Assembly: GCF_002087085.1 (NCBI RefSeq)
Contig: NZ_MWQY01000007.1
Location: 183,165-203,164 of the forward strand
Direction: 5' to 3'
Length of the DNA: 20,000 nt
Below the pieces are notes generated by a model that was given only the letters and a program-made list of their open reading frames with translations, had not been told where the DNA came from and did not search any database. Shown one piece after another: positions 8,277 to 16,809 of the stretch (position 1 is the stretch's first letter; every line of letters starts with the position of its first letter). The position numbers were made by a program, and so were the translations under genes.

Positions 8277-8974
8277 AGAGAATTCGCCGCCTGATATTCC
8301 TCCTGCTTCTGGCACTCATCCTTGCCGGAGGGGCCTTCCTGTTTTACCGCTTTGATCCCTTCGACTGGGACCTTTCCCTGGTCAAAAGATCACGGGTACA
8401 TGCCCGGGAAACCCTGCTCACGGAGGTCCGAGGGGTATATCGCCTGAATACCGTCGAACTGGTTCATAAAACGGTATTCCCCTACGACTTTATGCCCCCC
8501 GACCCCGACTGGTGGCAGGTATTCCATGCCGCCGAGGTGGGGGAACCGGATCCGAAAGAACAGGAGCTTCTCGAATTTTACCGTTTCTGCGAAAGTATCG
8601 GGATTGATCTCCTGTCCCGGGATCCGGGCTTCGCGGTTGTTACCCTGGTTGCCAGGGCCGGTTTTGAGCTTGAGGGCTTTCCCCTGGAGGAGAACCTTCT
8701 GTGGAACGAGTCCCGCCTGGTGATTCGCCTGCCGGAACCGGAGATAACCGAGATTATTGTCCAGGACCCGGCCACCGGACGGTATCCCTATCCGGGGCTC
8801 GAGATCAGCCCGGAAAACTGGAAGCGTCTCACCGAATATATTACCCTGCGGATCGACTCTTTTACCGATGAAAAGGAACTCATCCGCCGGGCCCGCCAGC
8901 GGGGAGAGGAGTTTATCCGGCGGCTTGCGGAACCCCGGGGATTCTCATACATCGAATTCGACTATTCGGAATAA
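8273..8974 (+). CDS. DUF4230-like membrane-anchored protein
   Basis: Basic N-terminus plus one TM; ARAGFEL...LVIRLPEPEI...LIRRARQRGEEFIRRL...GF..IEF pattern; ATGA overlap with the upstream gene. Confidence 0.6.
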   Translation: MKRIRRLIFLLLLALILAGGAFLFYRFDPFDWDLSLVKRSRVHARETLLTEVRGVYRLNTVELVHKTVFPYDFMPPDPDWWQVFHAAEVGEPDPKEQELLEFYRFCESIGIDLLSRDPGFAVVTLVARAGFELEGFPLEENLLWNESRLVIRLPEPEITEIIVQDPATGRYPYPGLEISPENWKRLTEYITLRIDSFTDEKELIRRARQRGEEFIRRLAEPRGFSYIEFDYSE

Positions 8975-11331
8975 CGGACCAGAATCTGTTCCGCCGCTTC
9001 CCTGAACTCGGCAAAGGCATCCTCGAGGCCCATGACATTCAGTGCACAGGCATCGCTTTTATTCTCTTTCGCGGCCTTTTCAAGTTCAAAGGCCCTGTTC
9101 CCCAGCCTTTTTGCCATAAGATTCCAGGAACTCCCCTTGATGGAATGGGCATCCGCCGAGATCTGTTCAAAGTTTTCCGTCTTCAAGTCGCTTTTGATCT
9201 GGGAAATCTGACGCTCCACCTTGGGCAGAAAACCCTCCAGGACCTTGATGACAACCTCGGTCTGCCCCATAAAAGTGGAAACCGCTTCGTCGAAGGAAAA
9301 TACTTCCTGATCGATCTCGATACGCTCTTTCTGCTCTTCCCTCGTCCCGGGACTGCGGTCTTTCCGGGCAACCATGCTGCCCATGGCCCATTTGTCCAGC
9401 ACAGGCATAAGATCATTCTTTTTAAAAGGTTTGGTCAGGAAATCATCCATACCGGCTTCAAAACACTTTTCCTGCTCGCCTTTGATCGCCGAAGCGGTAA
9501 CGGCGATGATGGGTGTTTCTATCCCGGCTTTGCGGATTTCTCTGGTTGCCTCATAACCGTTCATCTCAGGCATCTGCACATCCATGAAAATCAGGTCAAA
9601 GGAATCCTGCTCCGCGAAGGCCACCGCCTCCTTTCCGTTGGAAGCGACACTGACGGTATAACCATCGTTCTCCAGAATCGTCCGGAAAAGGATCTGATTA
9701 ACCTCATGGTCCTCGGCTACCAGGATCTTTCCTTTTTCCACGGTAAGGGCCGACTCGAGCTCTTCCGCGAGTTCCAGGGATTCGATGGACTCCAGTTCCA
9801 CTTCCTCATTCACAATCCTGAAGAGAAGCTCAAAAAGCTGGTTCTTTTTGATAGGCTTGTTCAGATAGCCGTCAAACCACTTCAGGAGCTTCATCTTGGC
9901 CTCTTCACCGCTCTTGCCGGCGGGGCTCATAAGAACAAGCTTGGTGGTATTGATCTGTTTGTCGGAGTTTATCTCGCTGGCAAGCTGCCAGCCGTCCATC
10001 CCGGGCATGATCTGGTCGACCAGGGCGATGGAAAAGGGCCGTTTCTCCACCTGGCGCTGCCGAAGCAGAGCCAGACCTTCCTCGCCGCTGCCAACCTCCT
10101 CCACCAGACAGCCCCAACCCTTCAGGTAACTGCAGAGAATCTCCCGGGAACTCATACTGTCGTCGCAGACCAGGGCACGGATTCCCTCGAAAAATTCCCC
10201 CGTAAGGTTGCGATAGAGACTCTCTTCCTCCTGTTTTGCCAGAATACAGGTAAAACGGAAAATCGACCCCCGCCCCTCTTCGCTCTCCACACTTATCTCC
10301 CCTCCCATCATGGAAACGAGATTTCGGGAAATGGAAAGCCCCAGACCGGTCCCCCCGTATTTTCGGGTAGTGGAGGAATCGACCTGACTGAAGACCTTGA
10401 ACAGCCTGTCCCGCTTGTCTTCGGGAATCCCTATCCCGGTGTCCTTTACCTGAAAAAGCAGAGTCGCCTCCTGGTCATTCTCCTCCATAAGGGAAACACT
10501 GACAATAATTTCTCCCTGATGAGTAAACTTGACGGCGTTGTTGAAGAGATTGACGATAATCTGACGCAGGCGGACGGGATCGCCGGTAAGAAGATAGGGC
10601 ACATTCTGTTCAAAGAAAACCGCCACCTCCAGTCCCTTTTTATGGGCCTCCATGGAAACCAGCTTGACTGAATCTTCCACCAGGTCGTGCAGATTGAAAT
10701 CGATGGATTCAAGCTTAAGGTGCCCCGCTTCAATCTTGGAAAAATCCAGGATATCGTTGATCAGACCCTGAAGAACATCCGCGGAATACTGGACCTGCGT
10801 GGCATACTCCTGCTGTTCTTCATCCAGGGAGGTATCCAGCAGCAGCTCGGACATGCCGGTGATGGTGTGGATGGGAGTCCTGATTTCGTGACTCATGTTG
10901 GCAAGAAAATCAGACTTGATCTGAGCAGCCTTTCGCGCTTCGGCGCTTTCAAGCTGGAGGCGCAGGGCAGCCTCTTTCTCCTTTGAGACCTCGGATATTA
11001 CGGCCATGGGAAAGCTTCCCTTCCGGTCCGGATGGGGTATAAGCGCCCATTGAATACTGCACCAGCCTACCCCGAATCCTGAACGATCGTAGCGTAAATC
11101 GATACTGCGATTCCCGCCGGAATCCTGGAGAAAGGCTTCAAAGCTCTTTTTTAACAGTTCCTTGTCTTCGGGAACAACAATCTCCGTGAGATACAGATCA
11201 TTGTCAATGCCGGGACGGCCGAGCATGGACAGGAAAACCCTGTTCGCTTCCAGCACCCGGAGATCCCGGGAAAGAAGAGCCAGCCCCACGGAAACATTAT
11301 CGAATACAGCCTGACAGATCGAAGGAGTCAC
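8962..11331 (-). CDS. Soluble hybrid sensor kinase: PAS-HisKA-HATPase-REC-REC-Hpt
   Basis: FLANMSHEIRTP, NLFNNAVKFT, DTGIGI, GGTGLGLSIS; REC1 (CDD...VDQIMPGMDG...KP), REC2 (AEDH...MDVQMPEMNG...KP); Hpt AHSIKGSS; GTG start with GGAGA upstream; no TM segment. Confidence 0.95.
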   Translation of the reverse strand: MTPSICQAVFDNVSVGLALLSRDLRVLEANRVFLSMLGRPGIDNDLYLTEIVVPEDKELLKKSFEAFLQDSGGNRSIDLRYDRSGFGVGWCSIQWALIPHPDRKGSFPMAVISEVSKEKEAALRLQLESAEARKAAQIKSDFLANMSHEIRTPIHTITGMSELLLDTSLDEEQQEYATQVQYSADVLQGLINDILDFSKIEAGHLKLESIDFNLHDLVEDSVKLVSMEAHKKGLEVAVFFEQNVPYLLTGDPVRLRQIIVNLFNNAVKFTHQGEIIVSVSLMEENDQEATLLFQVKDTGIGIPEDKRDRLFKVFSQVDSSTTRKYGGTGLGLSISRNLVSMMGGEISVESEEGRGSIFRFTCILAKQEEESLYRNLTGEFFEGIRALVCDDSMSSREILCSYLKGWGCLVEEVGSGEEGLALLRQRQVEKRPFSIALVDQIMPGMDGWQLASEINSDKQINTTKLVLMSPAGKSGEEAKMKLLKWFDGYLNKPIKKNQLFELLFRIVNEEVELESIESLELAEELESALTVEKGKILVAEDHEVNQILFRTILENDGYTVSVASNGKEAVAFAEQDSFDLIFMDVQMPEMNGYEATREIRKAGIETPIIAVTASAIKGEQEKCFEAGMDDFLTKPFKKNDLMPVLDKWAMGSMVARKDRSPGTREEQKERIEIDQEVFSFDEAVSTFMGQTEVVIKVLEGFLPKVERQISQIKSDLKTENFEQISADAHSIKGSSWNLMAKRLGNRAFELEKAAKENKSDACALNVMGLEDAFAEFREAAEQILVRYSE

Positions 11332-11354
11332 CCCATCTCTCCAGTTCAGGGGAC

Positions 11355-12608
11355 CTAAAAGGTCGCCCCCAGAACCTCTGCCGCCTTCTGCAGCAGGGTC
11401 TCGGGCTTCAGAGGCTTGCGCAGATATGTCCGGACTCCATACTCCTGGGCCTTCAGAACCGTCTCCTTCTTTGAGAGGGCCGAGAAAATAATTACAGGGA
11501 TTTCCTGCCCCCGTGTTTTCAGCTCCTGCAGCACCTGGAAACCGTTCATATTCGGCATCATCAGATCCAGGAAGACCAGATCGTAATTTTTCTCCCCCAG
11601 GGAATCGACAAAGGCCTTCCCGTCCTCGTACTGATCTATTGTCCAGCCCGCACTCTGAAAAACCGTACTGATAAGGGTCCTGATAACCATGTCGTCATCC
11701 ACAGCAGCCACCAGGGCATTCCCCCGCAGGGCACCCATGGCTTTGGTAATTGAATTCTCACCCTCAAAGCGCATGGTAATGCTCTCCTGGCCTTCACCGG
11801 TGGGAGCCGAACTGCTCAGGATTCGCTCTCTGGCGATTTCATCATGAGCAAAGGTATCCGGCTTCAGCCCGATAAGATCATCCATGGCCTTTTCCAGGCT
11901 GTCGGTTACACCTATTGAGGCATAGTCTTTGCTGTTTCGAAGGAAGTCGGATATTTTTTCCGACGAGCTGAGGACCTTGATCAGCTGGGGATTCTCCTGA
12001 GCCTCCTCCAGAACCGTCCTGAACAGAAGGTCCAGCTTCTCCCGGAAATGATCGCCAAGTTCGATTCCCGCAAGCATGAGCAGGACCTTGGGCACAGGCA
12101 CGGAATAGAGGGACATGAGTTCCTTTATTTTGTATTTCAGAAGAACGATCTTCTCCGTATTCAGCCCCTGGGCCACCTCGATAAAGAGGATCTCTTCATT
12201 GAAATGGGCCTCGATAATGGACGGAGTAGGATCGATGGTTACAGATATTCCCAGAAGTCCGGACAGGGTATTGAGCAGGGCATCCAGCTTCAGGGGCTTG
12301 GTAAAAACCTTCCTTACCCCGAATTTCGCCAGCTCCATGATATGCTTGCTTCCCAGTTTCGTGGCCATCATTATAACCGGAACATTTTTTGTATTCGGGT
12401 TCCGCAGCTTCTCCTGAAGAACCTCCAGGGCACTTTTACGAGTCAGGAAATAATCCATGATGATCAGGTCGGGAATCTCGCTTCGTATCTTGAGCATCCC
12501 GTCGAGGCCGTTAACTCCATGAACAACCTCGATGTCATACTCCGCCAGCTTTCTGCCCAGATAATCCCGGAAAAGAGGCGACTCTTCTATAATGAGGATC
12601 TTCTTCAT
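11355..12608 (-). CDS. Response regulator with two receiver domains flanking an unrecognised central domain
   Basis: N-terminal REC (ILIIEES...DLIIMDY...FTKP) and C-terminal REC (AVDDD...FLDLMMPNMNG...IIFSA...LRKP); no DNA-binding domain recognised. Confidence 0.88.
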   Translation of the reverse strand: MKKILIIEESPLFRDYLGRKLAEYDIEVVHGVNGLDGMLKIRSEIPDLIIMDYFLTRKSALEVLQEKLRNPNTKNVPVIMMATKLGSKHIMELAKFGVRKVFTKPLKLDALLNTLSGLLGISVTIDPTPSIIEAHFNEEILFIEVAQGLNTEKIVLLKYKIKELMSLYSVPVPKVLLMLAGIELGDHFREKLDLLFRTVLEEAQENPQLIKVLSSSEKISDFLRNSKDYASIGVTDSLEKAMDDLIGLKPDTFAHDEIARERILSSSAPTGEGQESITMRFEGENSITKAMGALRGNALVAAVDDDMVIRTLISTVFQSAGWTIDQYEDGKAFVDSLGEKNYDLVFLDLMMPNMNGFQVLQELKTRGQEIPVIIFSALSKKETVLKAQEYGVRTYLRKPLKPETLLQKAAEVLGATF

Positions 12609-12676
12609 GTTTCCGCTCCGTTATATGCCTGTACTTTAGTTATTCCATATCTTCTGTTGAAAATCAATAATAAATA

Positions 12677-14719
12677 CTAGGAGAGAATAGATGTCAGGAT
12701 TTCTCTGGTTATTCCATACAGAGGGGGAATACCCATCGACGGATGCAGACGGACGCTAAGGGAATCCCTGTGAGCCAGGGGAAGATCGGAAACATAATAG
12801 AGGAATCGGATTGGTACCTCCCTCGGAATAACACCAAGCTCTCCGGCCTCCAGAAGCTGCCGGTAATAGAAGGTTCCCTCCATCTCGAGACCGATGCAGC
12901 CCCATATATGACGATAAAAATAGAGCATTCGGCGGTTCTGCATGAGGGTTCCCGCAACCGTGAGAATCGGACCGGAGTGAACATCCCGTCCGGGGACGAG
13001 CCTGGCCAGACGCTCCGCCGTACCGGGCTGTGCTCCGCTTAAGGGGTAAAACCTGTCGGAAGCCTGCTCGATAAAGGCATCGGGAATCAGGATATCACCC
13101 CTCCGCCCTACAAGGGCACCAGCCTTGCCGAGAACGTTGATTCCCGCGAGGTTACGCCCGAAAAGCAGAATCAGGTTCCGTATTATATCCTCCGCCTGCT
13201 CGCCGAAGGCGTAGTCAATGTTTATTATCAGGCCGGTGCCGGGACTCCCGGGTCTGGGTATGCTCCTGTCCAGGGCGTCCAGTTTCAGGGCCGCAATATT
13301 TACCAGCTGTACCTGGATTCCCGTGGAGGCGGTATCGCTTAAACGGAGAAGCCCGCACTCCAGCTCGTTGCAGCGTTCCAGTCCGGGGTGGGCTCGCCAG
13401 AAATCAGGTCCCATGGCGTAGATAAGGTCCTCGGTGTTCTCCCAGGGATTCTCTGTATAGGGATGGCGGATCTCCTTGCCCCACTGGAGAATCTGGTCCC
13501 CGTAACGCCGGGGATCAGGATTCAGACAGTTGGCCACGGAGTGATCGTTGGAGCTGATAATGTAAACAGGAACATCCTCAGGCAGATCCGCCGGCTCAAA
13601 ACCCAGCAGTCTTTTTGCAGCGTCTGCTACCTGATGCGTCCAAGCCTGGGACCGATGGCGGTGAAAGGTCGGTACATGCCGCCGGAAATCGATATTGATG
13701 CTCTCCCTGTGACGGACGATTTCGCTGAGCCGGGGGAGAACCGCCCGGGGCCACACCGATTTCAGTCCCTCTATCTCAGGGGGTGAGAAATCCAGCTGTT
13801 CCAGCAGGGAGCTCTCTAATTCTGCAGTTTTTTCAGGATTCTGATGCTGCTGCAGCTTTCCCTCTTCCACCAGGCGTATGGAAAAAGGATCATGAAGACG
13901 GCTGCGTATCTTCACCGCCTCAACAGCATAGAGACACAACAGGGTAATAATATCCACCATATCGGACATGCCGGAGCGAAGCAGTACCATGCTCTTACCC
14001 GGAAGCATCTCCCAGATATCCCTCCGCCTGGCCTTTGATTCGATGGCGGTAAAAAACAGCTCGGGCTCGGAAAACTCGGTGGGCAAATCGTCCGTCAGCA
14101 GATAGGTATGATTCCTCGTTACATTCTCAGGCAGCCGCCGGACTGCGTATAACAGCGCTCCGAAATCAATCTCATGAGAACGGAGCAGAGGATGAAGGGC
14201 CGGCTCGAGTTCCCGATAGTGTCGGAGTAATCCGCGGATATCAAGGAATCCCCGGTTGACAGCCCGCATGATTTCTGCGGAAAAACTGCTGAACTCCGCA
14301 AAAATCCCCTGCTTATCCAGGAGAATGCTCCCCAGGGCCTGGGCAAAGGCCCGGGAGGATCGCAGAATCCCCAGGAACACCTGAGCCGGAACAGCATAAC
14401 AGATTGTCTCCTCTTCGGCGATAAAATCAAATCGGTAGGCTTCCTTGAACAGGACCCCCCGCTCGCCGAAATAACTGCCCGCGGGTATCAGATTGTTGCG
14501 CAGATCCGGCAGCCTTGGATCATAGACCCCTACACTGCCGCTTTGAACGAAGAAGAACTCAGGATACAGGCTGATTCCGTGGGCAAGGACTGTCTCTCCC
14601 TGAACATAGACACGCCGGTCCATATTGCCGGCGAGTTTCTGACGTTCAGCCAGGGGAAGGAATCTGAATGGAATAGTCCGTTCAAAAAGGAGCTCAAGAT
14701 CGCCATGGAGACTGCTCAT
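12677..14719 (-). CDS. Cyclic-nucleotide-binding domain fused to a purine-nucleoside-phosphorylase/AMP-nucleosidase-fold domain (DUF6909-like)
   Basis: N-terminal CNBD (F..L...E...L...YVQGETVLAHG...FFVQSGSV...GSYFGE); C-terminal PNP-fold motifs LGKAGAL, GDILIP, GLEMEG, YYVSDLPL. Confidence 0.78.
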   Translation of the reverse strand: MSSLHGDLELLFERTIPFRFLPLAERQKLAGNMDRRVYVQGETVLAHGISLYPEFFFVQSGSVGVYDPRLPDLRNNLIPAGSYFGERGVLFKEAYRFDFIAEEETICYAVPAQVFLGILRSSRAFAQALGSILLDKQGIFAEFSSFSAEIMRAVNRGFLDIRGLLRHYRELEPALHPLLRSHEIDFGALLYAVRRLPENVTRNHTYLLTDDLPTEFSEPELFFTAIESKARRRDIWEMLPGKSMVLLRSGMSDMVDIITLLCLYAVEAVKIRSRLHDPFSIRLVEEGKLQQHQNPEKTAELESSLLEQLDFSPPEIEGLKSVWPRAVLPRLSEIVRHRESINIDFRRHVPTFHRHRSQAWTHQVADAAKRLLGFEPADLPEDVPVYIISSNDHSVANCLNPDPRRYGDQILQWGKEIRHPYTENPWENTEDLIYAMGPDFWRAHPGLERCNELECGLLRLSDTASTGIQVQLVNIAALKLDALDRSIPRPGSPGTGLIINIDYAFGEQAEDIIRNLILLFGRNLAGINVLGKAGALVGRRGDILIPDAFIEQASDRFYPLSGAQPGTAERLARLVPGRDVHSGPILTVAGTLMQNRRMLYFYRHIWGCIGLEMEGTFYYRQLLEAGELGVIPREVPIRFLYYVSDLPLAHRDSLSVRLHPSMGIPPLYGITREILTSILS

Positions 14720-14720
14720 G

Positions 14721-15239
14721 CTACTCCTTCTTGTAATACTCTTCCAACTCCTCTTCGGTAAATGAAGCGGGGTGACTGATCAGGAATGAATCGGTTTTGA
14801 GGCCGTCTGCGTTCATCATGGCGGCAATTCTCTGCATGGAAGAGAGAAGAAGTGTCTGCTCCCAGCTGTTCAGGCTGTTGAAGGCTTTGATAAAGTTATC
14901 CTGGAGCATGGACGGTTTGTTCCTTACCCGGTCAAGACCGTCCTCAGTCAGGCGAAGATACATCTTGCGTTTATCCTGTATACCCCGGATTCGCTGGACC
15001 AGTCCCCGTGCAACCAGCCTGTCGACAATACTCGTTACTGTCGCATGGCTCAGAGAAATGTTCTTTGCCAAGTCCCCCGTCGTCAGGACATCGCGATCGG
15101 CAATTTCCTGAAGGACGATCAGCTGGGGTCCGGTTAAACCATACGTTTTCGCCAGTTTTTTTGAGTGAAGATCAATAGCGCGGACAATCTGACGTATTGT
15201 AACCAGCACTTCTTCACTAATATCTCGTTTGCGTGCCAT
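14721..15239 (-). CDS. cosR: MarR-family osmotic-stress regulator, CosR/EctR-like
   Basis: EEVLVTIRQIVRAIDLHSKKLAKTYGLTGPQL...ATVTSIVDRL...DKRK...F..L..WEQTLLLSSMQRIAAMMNA matches the CosR/EctR subfamily as I recall it; divergent from a betaine ABC transporter. Confidence 0.8.
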   Translation of the reverse strand: MARKRDISEEVLVTIRQIVRAIDLHSKKLAKTYGLTGPQLIVLQEIADRDVLTTGDLAKNISLSHATVTSIVDRLVARGLVQRIRGIQDKRKMYLRLTEDGLDRVRNKPSMLQDNFIKAFNSLNSWEQTLLLSSMQRIAAMMNADGLKTDSFLISHPASFTEEELEEYYKKE

Positions 15240-15363
15240 CTCATTCTGTCTTTATTATACGAAGTATATCTATAATTTGCCTTTTGACAAGCCGAACACT
15301 AACTCGATTATACACAGGATCACTTGAAAGTTAGTATCGGACTTGAAATTTATCTTTATCTAT

Positions 15364-15392
15364 AGTATACAAAATAATATTGAATAATTCAA
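15364..15392 (-). promoter_or_regulatory. Putative sigma70 promoter for the MarR gene
   Basis: Minus strand TTGAAT (15392-15387)-17 bp-TATACT (15369-15364). A second candidate is TTGTCA (15290-15285)-16 bp-TATACT (15268-15263). Confidence 0.55.
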
Positions 15393-15445
15393 AGGCTTTA
15401 AAGCTGAATTATTCCTGCTACAAGAGTAACAAACTTCAATACTAT

Positions 15446-15479
15446 TGGACTTTTGCAGAGAATTTTATTAGTATTCTAA
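15446..15479 (+). promoter_or_regulatory. Putative promoter for the betaine ABC operon with overlapping palindromic operator
   Basis: TGGACT (15446-15451)-17 bp-TAGTAT (15469-15474), overlapped by TTAG-TATT-CTAA (15468-15479). Confidence 0.5.
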
Positions 15480-15549
15480 GCAGTTATTTGCCTAGGATGC
15501 AAAGAATTTGTGATATGAATACTGTGTTCAATTAAGGAGAACAATATAC

Positions 15550-16809
15550 ATGGCATTAATTTCCGTCAGAAACCTTTACAAGGTTTTCGGACCAAACCCG
15601 AAACGGGTTTTTCCCCTCCTTGAACAGGGGAAGTCCAAACCAGAAATACTCAAGCGTACCGGATGCACCGTCGCAATAAACGGTGCAAGCTTTGACATCG
15701 AAAAACGGGAAACCTTTGTCGTTATGGGTCTTTCCGGAAGCGGCAAATCAACCATGATCCGCTGCCTGAATCGTCTTATCGAACCCACCAGGGGCGAAAT
15801 CATCCTGGACGGACAGGACATCATGAAAATGGACAAGGAAAAGCTCCGGGAAACCCGGCGCTATAAAATGTCCATGGTCTTTCAGCATTTCGGACTGCTG
15901 CCCCACAGAAGCGTTATCAACAACGTTGAATTCGGCCTTGAAATCGGCGGCATGGACAAGGACGAACGGCAGAAAAAGGCAATGAAGGCCATAGAACTCG
16001 TCGGCCTGAAGGGTTTTGAATACAGCAAGCCCGCGCAGCTTTCAGGAGGCATGCAGCAGCGAGTCGGTCTTGCCAGGGCCCTGGCGAATGATCCGGAAAT
16101 CCTTTTAATGGATGAGGCCTTCAGCGCCCTTGATCCACTGATCAGAACCCAGATGCAGGACGAACTGCTGGAACTTCAGGCAAAGATGCACAAAACCATC
16201 ATCTTTATTACCCACGACCTGGATGAAGCCCTCAAACTCGGCGACCGGATAGTAATACTGGGTCCCGAAGGACGGGTACGACAGATCGGAACTCCCGAGG
16301 AAATCCTCTCCAGCCCCGCCGACGATTACGTAAAAGAGTTTGTTCAGAATGTCGACCGGACCAAGGTGATCACCACTTCGTCCATCATGAAAAGTCATGC
16401 CACGGTCAGCTACCCCGCGGACGGCCCGGCGACTGCCACACGCATCATGGAAAAGAACCGCCTGAACGCGATTTTTGTAACCGACAGTGATCGGAAACTG
16501 ATGGGCCTTGTAACCATCGACGACGCGGCAAAAGCGGCAAAAAAGGGGCAGAAAGATCTGACCCCGATTATTCAGGACAATATCTATACCACTTATCCCG
16601 ACACTGCCATATCCGATCTTCTCGGAACCGCGGTAACGACAACTTATCCCATCGCAGTAATTGATGAGAATAACGTCTTTCACGGGGTTGTTGACCGCGG
16701 CGCGATTCTGGCGGAGGTTACCATAGGCATCGACGATGAAGCCGCCCCGACCCGTTTAAGCGAACTGAACGGCCAGGAAGAAGATGCTGAAACACGGGAG
16801 AACGCATAA
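15550..16809 (+). CDS. proV: Glycine betaine/proline ABC transporter ATP-binding subunit with tandem CBS domains (OpuAA/ProV/GbuA)
   Basis: NLYKVFG, Walker A GLSGSGKS, LSGGMQQRVGLARALA, LLMDEAFSALDPLIR, THDLDEA; C-terminal CBS pair; AAGGAG RBS. Confidence 0.95.
   Translation: MALISVRNLYKVFGPNPKRVFPLLEQGKSKPEILKRTGCTVAINGASFDIEKRETFVVMGLSGSGKSTMIRCLNRLIEPTRGEIILDGQDIMKMDKEKLRETRRYKMSMVFQHFGLLPHRSVINNVEFGLEIGGMDKDERQKKAMKAIELVGLKGFEYSKPAQLSGGMQQRVGLARALANDPEILLMDEAFSALDPLIRTQMQDELLELQAKMHKTIIFITHDLDEALKLGDRIVILGPEGRVRQIGTPEEILSSPADDYVKEFVQNVDRTKVITTSSIMKSHATVSYPADGPATATRIMEKNRLNAIFVTDSDRKLMGLVTIDDAAKAAKKGQKDLTPIIQDNIYTTYPDTAISDLLGTAVTTTYPIAVIDENNVFHGVVDRGAILAEVTIGIDDEAAPTRLSELNGQEEDAETRENA

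Noticed and set aside
9145..10671. 508-aa plus-strand ORF antisense to the hybrid kinase
   Set aside because: Lies wholly within a well-conserved gene, with no recognisable motifs or RBS; consistent with a shadow ORF from codon bias.
12677..14719. Calling this a complete Pycsar/CBASS anti-phage system
   Set aside because: No cyclase or CD-NTase and no other defence genes nearby; only the domain logic is similar.
15480..15549. c-di-AMP (ydaO) or other riboswitch ahead of the betaine operon
   Set aside because: Leader is short and AT-rich with only a small TTTGC/GCAAA repeat; no riboswitch consensus seen.
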